Shown piece by piece: positions 59,480 to 64,000 of a stretch of 64,000 nt of DNA (position 1 is its first letter; the number at the start of each line of letters is the position of its first letter). Both the position numbers and the translations under genes were made by a program. Source of the DNA: Eledone cirrhosa. Lineage: Eukaryota. The stretch lies in NCBI GenBank assembly GCA_964016885.1, contig OZ024751.1:23560001-23624000 (forward strand), in the 5' to 3' direction. The notes beneath the pieces were generated by a model. The model ran no database searches and was not told where the DNA came from. It saw only the letters and a program-made list of their open reading frames with translations.

Positions 59480-61700
59480 TAATAATAGATTAGCAACGGA
59501 TTTCACGCATCTCTGCTAATAAAGATATTTTTGATGATAAGACAGAATATAACAACGAGGCTTTACATAGAGCAGGATACTCGAATAAAATTAAATACTT
59601 AGATAACAATAACATTATAAATCATCCTAGAATTCATTATAATAACAATAAACTATTCAACTTAAATAGTAAACCAAACAAAAAAACTAGAGCTAGAAAC
59701 ATTTTTTGGTACTCTCTCTCATTCTCATTAGGCGTTAAAACACCTTTAGCAAAGCTATTTTATAAAGCACTAGATAAGTGCTTTCCTAAAGCCCAAACAT
59801 ACCACTCTATAAAACTATCCTACTCTACTACTATGAACATAGCACAAAATATTAATAGAATCAATAATAGAAACTTAAATTTAAACCCGAACCAAACAAA
59901 CCAAAATAGCAATAATAGTATTTCTAACAACAATACTCATAATAATAGTACCCCATAAAATGTAACTGTAGAATTAAATCAAAATACCCTTTACAAAATA
60001 ATTGCTTAGACAAAAACTTAATTTATAAATGCACAGTTAAAACTAGAGACAAAATATTTAACTATATATGTGCCACTTCTACAAAATTCAAAGAACGCTG
60101 GTACAACCACAAACATACATTTAATAGGTCCGATAAAAAATCTTCCACTTCACTTTCACATCTAATTTGGAATTTAAAGGACGACAGTATAGACCATTCA
60201 ATATCTTGGGGAACGATTTCGAAAGCACCTGCATACCGAAATATGGCTTTCTCAAGGATCTGTCAATTGTGTATCGAGAAAATATTTTATATAATTAACT
60301 GTCAAAACTATTAATTTAAAAACAGAATTATTTTCTACTTGCAGACATCGCCAAAATTCAACTTTCCGAAGTATTTTTAATCTATGATATTCATTACACT
60401 TGATTATATCTTATACACCTTTAAAATGATCCTATTATTTACTGAGTCTTTCTTTAACAATTTTAAAATTTTTTAAAAATGATCTTCCTTCTTAAATTAA
60501 GTATTTTTTCCATTTGATATTCTTTTCCTAATGATACTCTTCTTAATCTATTTTTTAGATGTAGATTGATACTCTTTAATTGAAATTCTGAAAGATATCC
60601 TCTTTACGATAGTTCTTCGAAATGCACTCTTGACTTATCTAATAATACATTTTTTCCTCTTTTTAATCTTCAAACTTTTCACACATCTTTCGACGTAAAC
60701 AATATGTAATTGAAATTCTCATCCTTGAAAAACATATATAAAATACCTTATAATCTCACACAAAATAATATATAATTTTCTGTACATACTTTCTAAGTAA
60801 ATCATTCACCAAATTTAATGGTTAGCAAATAATATTGGAGTTATCTTTTCATTTACAATTGAGCAAACATAGACATGATAACTTGTATGATCAATTATAT
60901 AATTTCGCTAAATTAATAATATTCTGAAAACATTTTCAATGTTGGAACAAAAATTCAAATCTACAAATTGTTCTCCTCTTACAACTTGAACTACGTCTTT
61001 TTTTTTTAAATATTTATGTAAAATGTAAAATTAACATCCTTCGTAACTCATATGAGAAATATAAACAATTAATACGTGTGGTTTATTTCTATAAAATCAC
61101 CAAAAATACTTATACTTGCACAATTATTAATCTATATAGATATTTTTATACTTACAAACTCTTGTAATGTAATAACATAAAATGTACTTACAACTATAAT
61201 TTTTGATATAATCTAATTGATTATATATACAATATTATAAATCATAATATAGCTAAATTATTTTTTTTAAATTCTGGAATCATATTCCACCATTCCTACA
61301 AACTTATAATTCTTTTTAAATTCACGTAAATACAAGCGTTTATATCTTTCTCTTTCTTCTTCCTACACGTACACACATATATATATATCCTAATCATTAA
61401 AAGAAATCTACCTAGCGTCTGAAAATAACGTCTTTTTCAGCCCTATACCTCGACCTCATTTGCATACTCAACTTAATAATTTGAAAAATTTGACTTTTCT
61501 TCTCTTTCCCTTCTTTCCTTTTACTATCCAGGTAAAACTTGAACCGTTAAGATCTTCTTCCTGGTTATGTCAATATTTATAAAACAATCTTTGTATGTTA
61601 TCTGATGAGAGCGTACCAAAGGTTTGGTACCCTTGCAATATATATAATAGAATAAATATGGTTTTATAAATATAGTTTCCATTTATTTAATATCATTGTA
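59480..61700 (+). mobile_element. 5'-truncated Penelope-like element: RT thumb, GIY-YIG endonuclease (59480-60380, disrupted), long AT-rich 3' region ending in a family B hammerhead
   Basis: RISANKDIF..EALHRAGY, RARNIFWYSLSFS..DKCFPK, TIKLSYS, CNCR..PL..CL.KNLIY..YICAT..FKERWYNH, CQLCIEK and ELFSTCRH. Confidence 0.85.
61594..61654 (+). ncRNA. Hammerhead family B, probably inactive (GAAA>GCAA)
   Basis: CTGATGA GAGCGTACCAAA..TTTGGTACCCTT GCAA TATATA TA ATAGAATA. Confidence 0.65.
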
Positions 61701-61757
61701 TATATATATATATATATTTTTTATCATATATATATAATATAAAATATATATATATAT

Positions 61758-61820
<63 letters not shown>

Positions 61821-62069
61821 TTATATCCAAATATATACATATTTGATTACTCCGGTATGTTTGTTCAAGCCTTGTATAATGTAATTGTAATAATGTAACA
61901 ATTATCTGAATAAAATATTTCAACAAAATATTTTTTATTTTGTATAATTTTATAACACACATTTTATAACTCTATTCCACTAAGTATGTTGTTCCATGCT
62001 CTACTGATTACACGAACAAAGTAAATAGCAACATCTCTTCTCGTGTAGTGAGCAAGGAGGTGAGGGACA

Positions 62070-62480
62070 TGAGTCATATTCGTTTTAAATTCTAAATATC
62101 AGTGATATAATTCATGGAAAAAACCCTGCATTTCAATATTAGTCAATGTAAAATGTACTGCAGAAAATATTGGAAAACATTATTTGTGATAATATATCAA
62201 ATCTAAAATTACATTACATCTTATTCTTATCTTGTGTCGTGTAATTTTTTGTATAGACGTCATATCTTCTCATATTGTTTAAATTTCATAAATCGAATTT
62301 CATAAATCGAACTGAAAATATTTGCAGCAGGGGTTTTCAGCGGGGGTTTATGCCATCGCGGAACCCTTTGATTAAAATGAAATATACTTATCCAAGTACC
62401 CTGGGCGATATAGTTTCAGAATTTATATGGTTATATAACCATAGGAGTAGTCCGTGAACAAACAGACAGACAGGAATACA

Positions 62481-62490
<10 letters not shown>
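62070..62490 (-). mobile_element. Non-autonomous Helitron (homologue of 17535-18180)
   Basis: Shared blocks ATCAGTGATATAATT..CTGCATTTCAATATTA and CCATAGGAGTAGT..ACAGACAGG.ATACAACTTT. Confidence 0.6.
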
Positions 62491-62527
<37 letters not shown>

Positions 62528-62634
62528 CTTTCTCTCTGTATAACATTTTTTCACTGCCAGCTTAACCTCTTCAAATGCAAGTCGGTGTTATAACGGTATG
62601 TCGAATCTATTTATCTATAAAACTGTTTATATTG

Positions 62635-62700
62635 TATTTTGTCTGAGGAAGGCATAGCATATTGTTAATATGATATCCCCGAAATATATATAATGAAATA
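62635..62700 (+). ncRNA. Minimal type-I hammerhead ribozyme (family B-related, different stem II)
   Basis: TATTTTGT CTGAGGA AGGCATAGCATATT GTT AATATGATATCCCC GAAA TATATA TA ATGAAATA, followed by the family B tail. Confidence 0.65.
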
Positions 62701-62737
62701 AATATGGTTTTATAAATATAGTTTCCATTTATTTAAT

Positions 62738-62797
<60 letters not shown>

Positions 62798-62801
<4 letters not shown>

Positions 62802-62989
62802 AACCAGTAAGACCCCGACAGCTGAGTTCAAGCCGTTTCGACGGCTAATTCTGGACTAGAATTAGCCGTCGAAACGGCTTGAGCTCAGCTATCGGGGTCT
62901 TACTGGTTCCTATTACCCACTCTACTACCTCAAGTATTGAGTACTTTGGTGCGTTATGGTCCACCTGGTTCCTTACCACATTTCCTTCG

Positions 62990-62992
<3 letters not shown>
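62798..62992. mobile_element. Fold-back repeat family C inserted in (TA)n
   Basis: Homologous to 34896-35100. Confidence 0.7.
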
Positions 62993-63033
<41 letters not shown>

Positions 63034-63232
63034 GTGAGTTTTTTTTTACAAAATGAAAAATAACCGAGGTGTCCTACACGAGTGAAAGTATAAAGAAAAA
63101 GAGATGAAATCGAAAATGCAACTGGAGTCTTATTTAAAAAAAAAATATATATATTTATTTGGTTCCTTCACCGGTTTCGCAGTTCTTCTGCTTTTTAAAA
63201 GGTGAGTTGAGATGGAGGGTCTGTGGTTTTTC

Positions 63233-63950
<718 letters not shown>

Positions 63951-64000
63951 AAACAAGGTTTAGCAAACAAGAAAAAATTTTTAAATAAATTTTAAAAATT

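Overview
This is AT-rich, microsatellite-saturated eukaryotic DNA, most likely from an octopod cephalopod (inferred from the receptor gene and SINE types). Almost all ORF-track entries are microsatellite artefacts. There is one convincing host gene: an intronless, divergent nAChR-like Cys-loop channel of the cephalopod chemotactile-receptor (CR) type at 57892/57949-59136. A possible decayed paralogue lies at about 9.5-9.95 kb (-). The rest is mobile-element debris: an internally deleted, intron-containing Helitron; Penelope-like (GIY-YIG) fragments; RTE and R4/Dong LINE ends; about 20 copies of a tRNA-derived SINE, one amplified into a 102-bp satellite; and MITEs. The most striking hidden signal is a high density of predicted self-cleaving ribozymes. 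These include a 310-bp hammerhead-bearing tandem repeat (retrozyme-like) arranged as a ~1.95-kb inverted array, at least five further minimal type-I hammerhead families (one with a U3-A8 core), mostly next to (TA)n tracts and often as inverted pairs, and a candidate HDV-like ribozyme. All structures were read by eye; none is tested.
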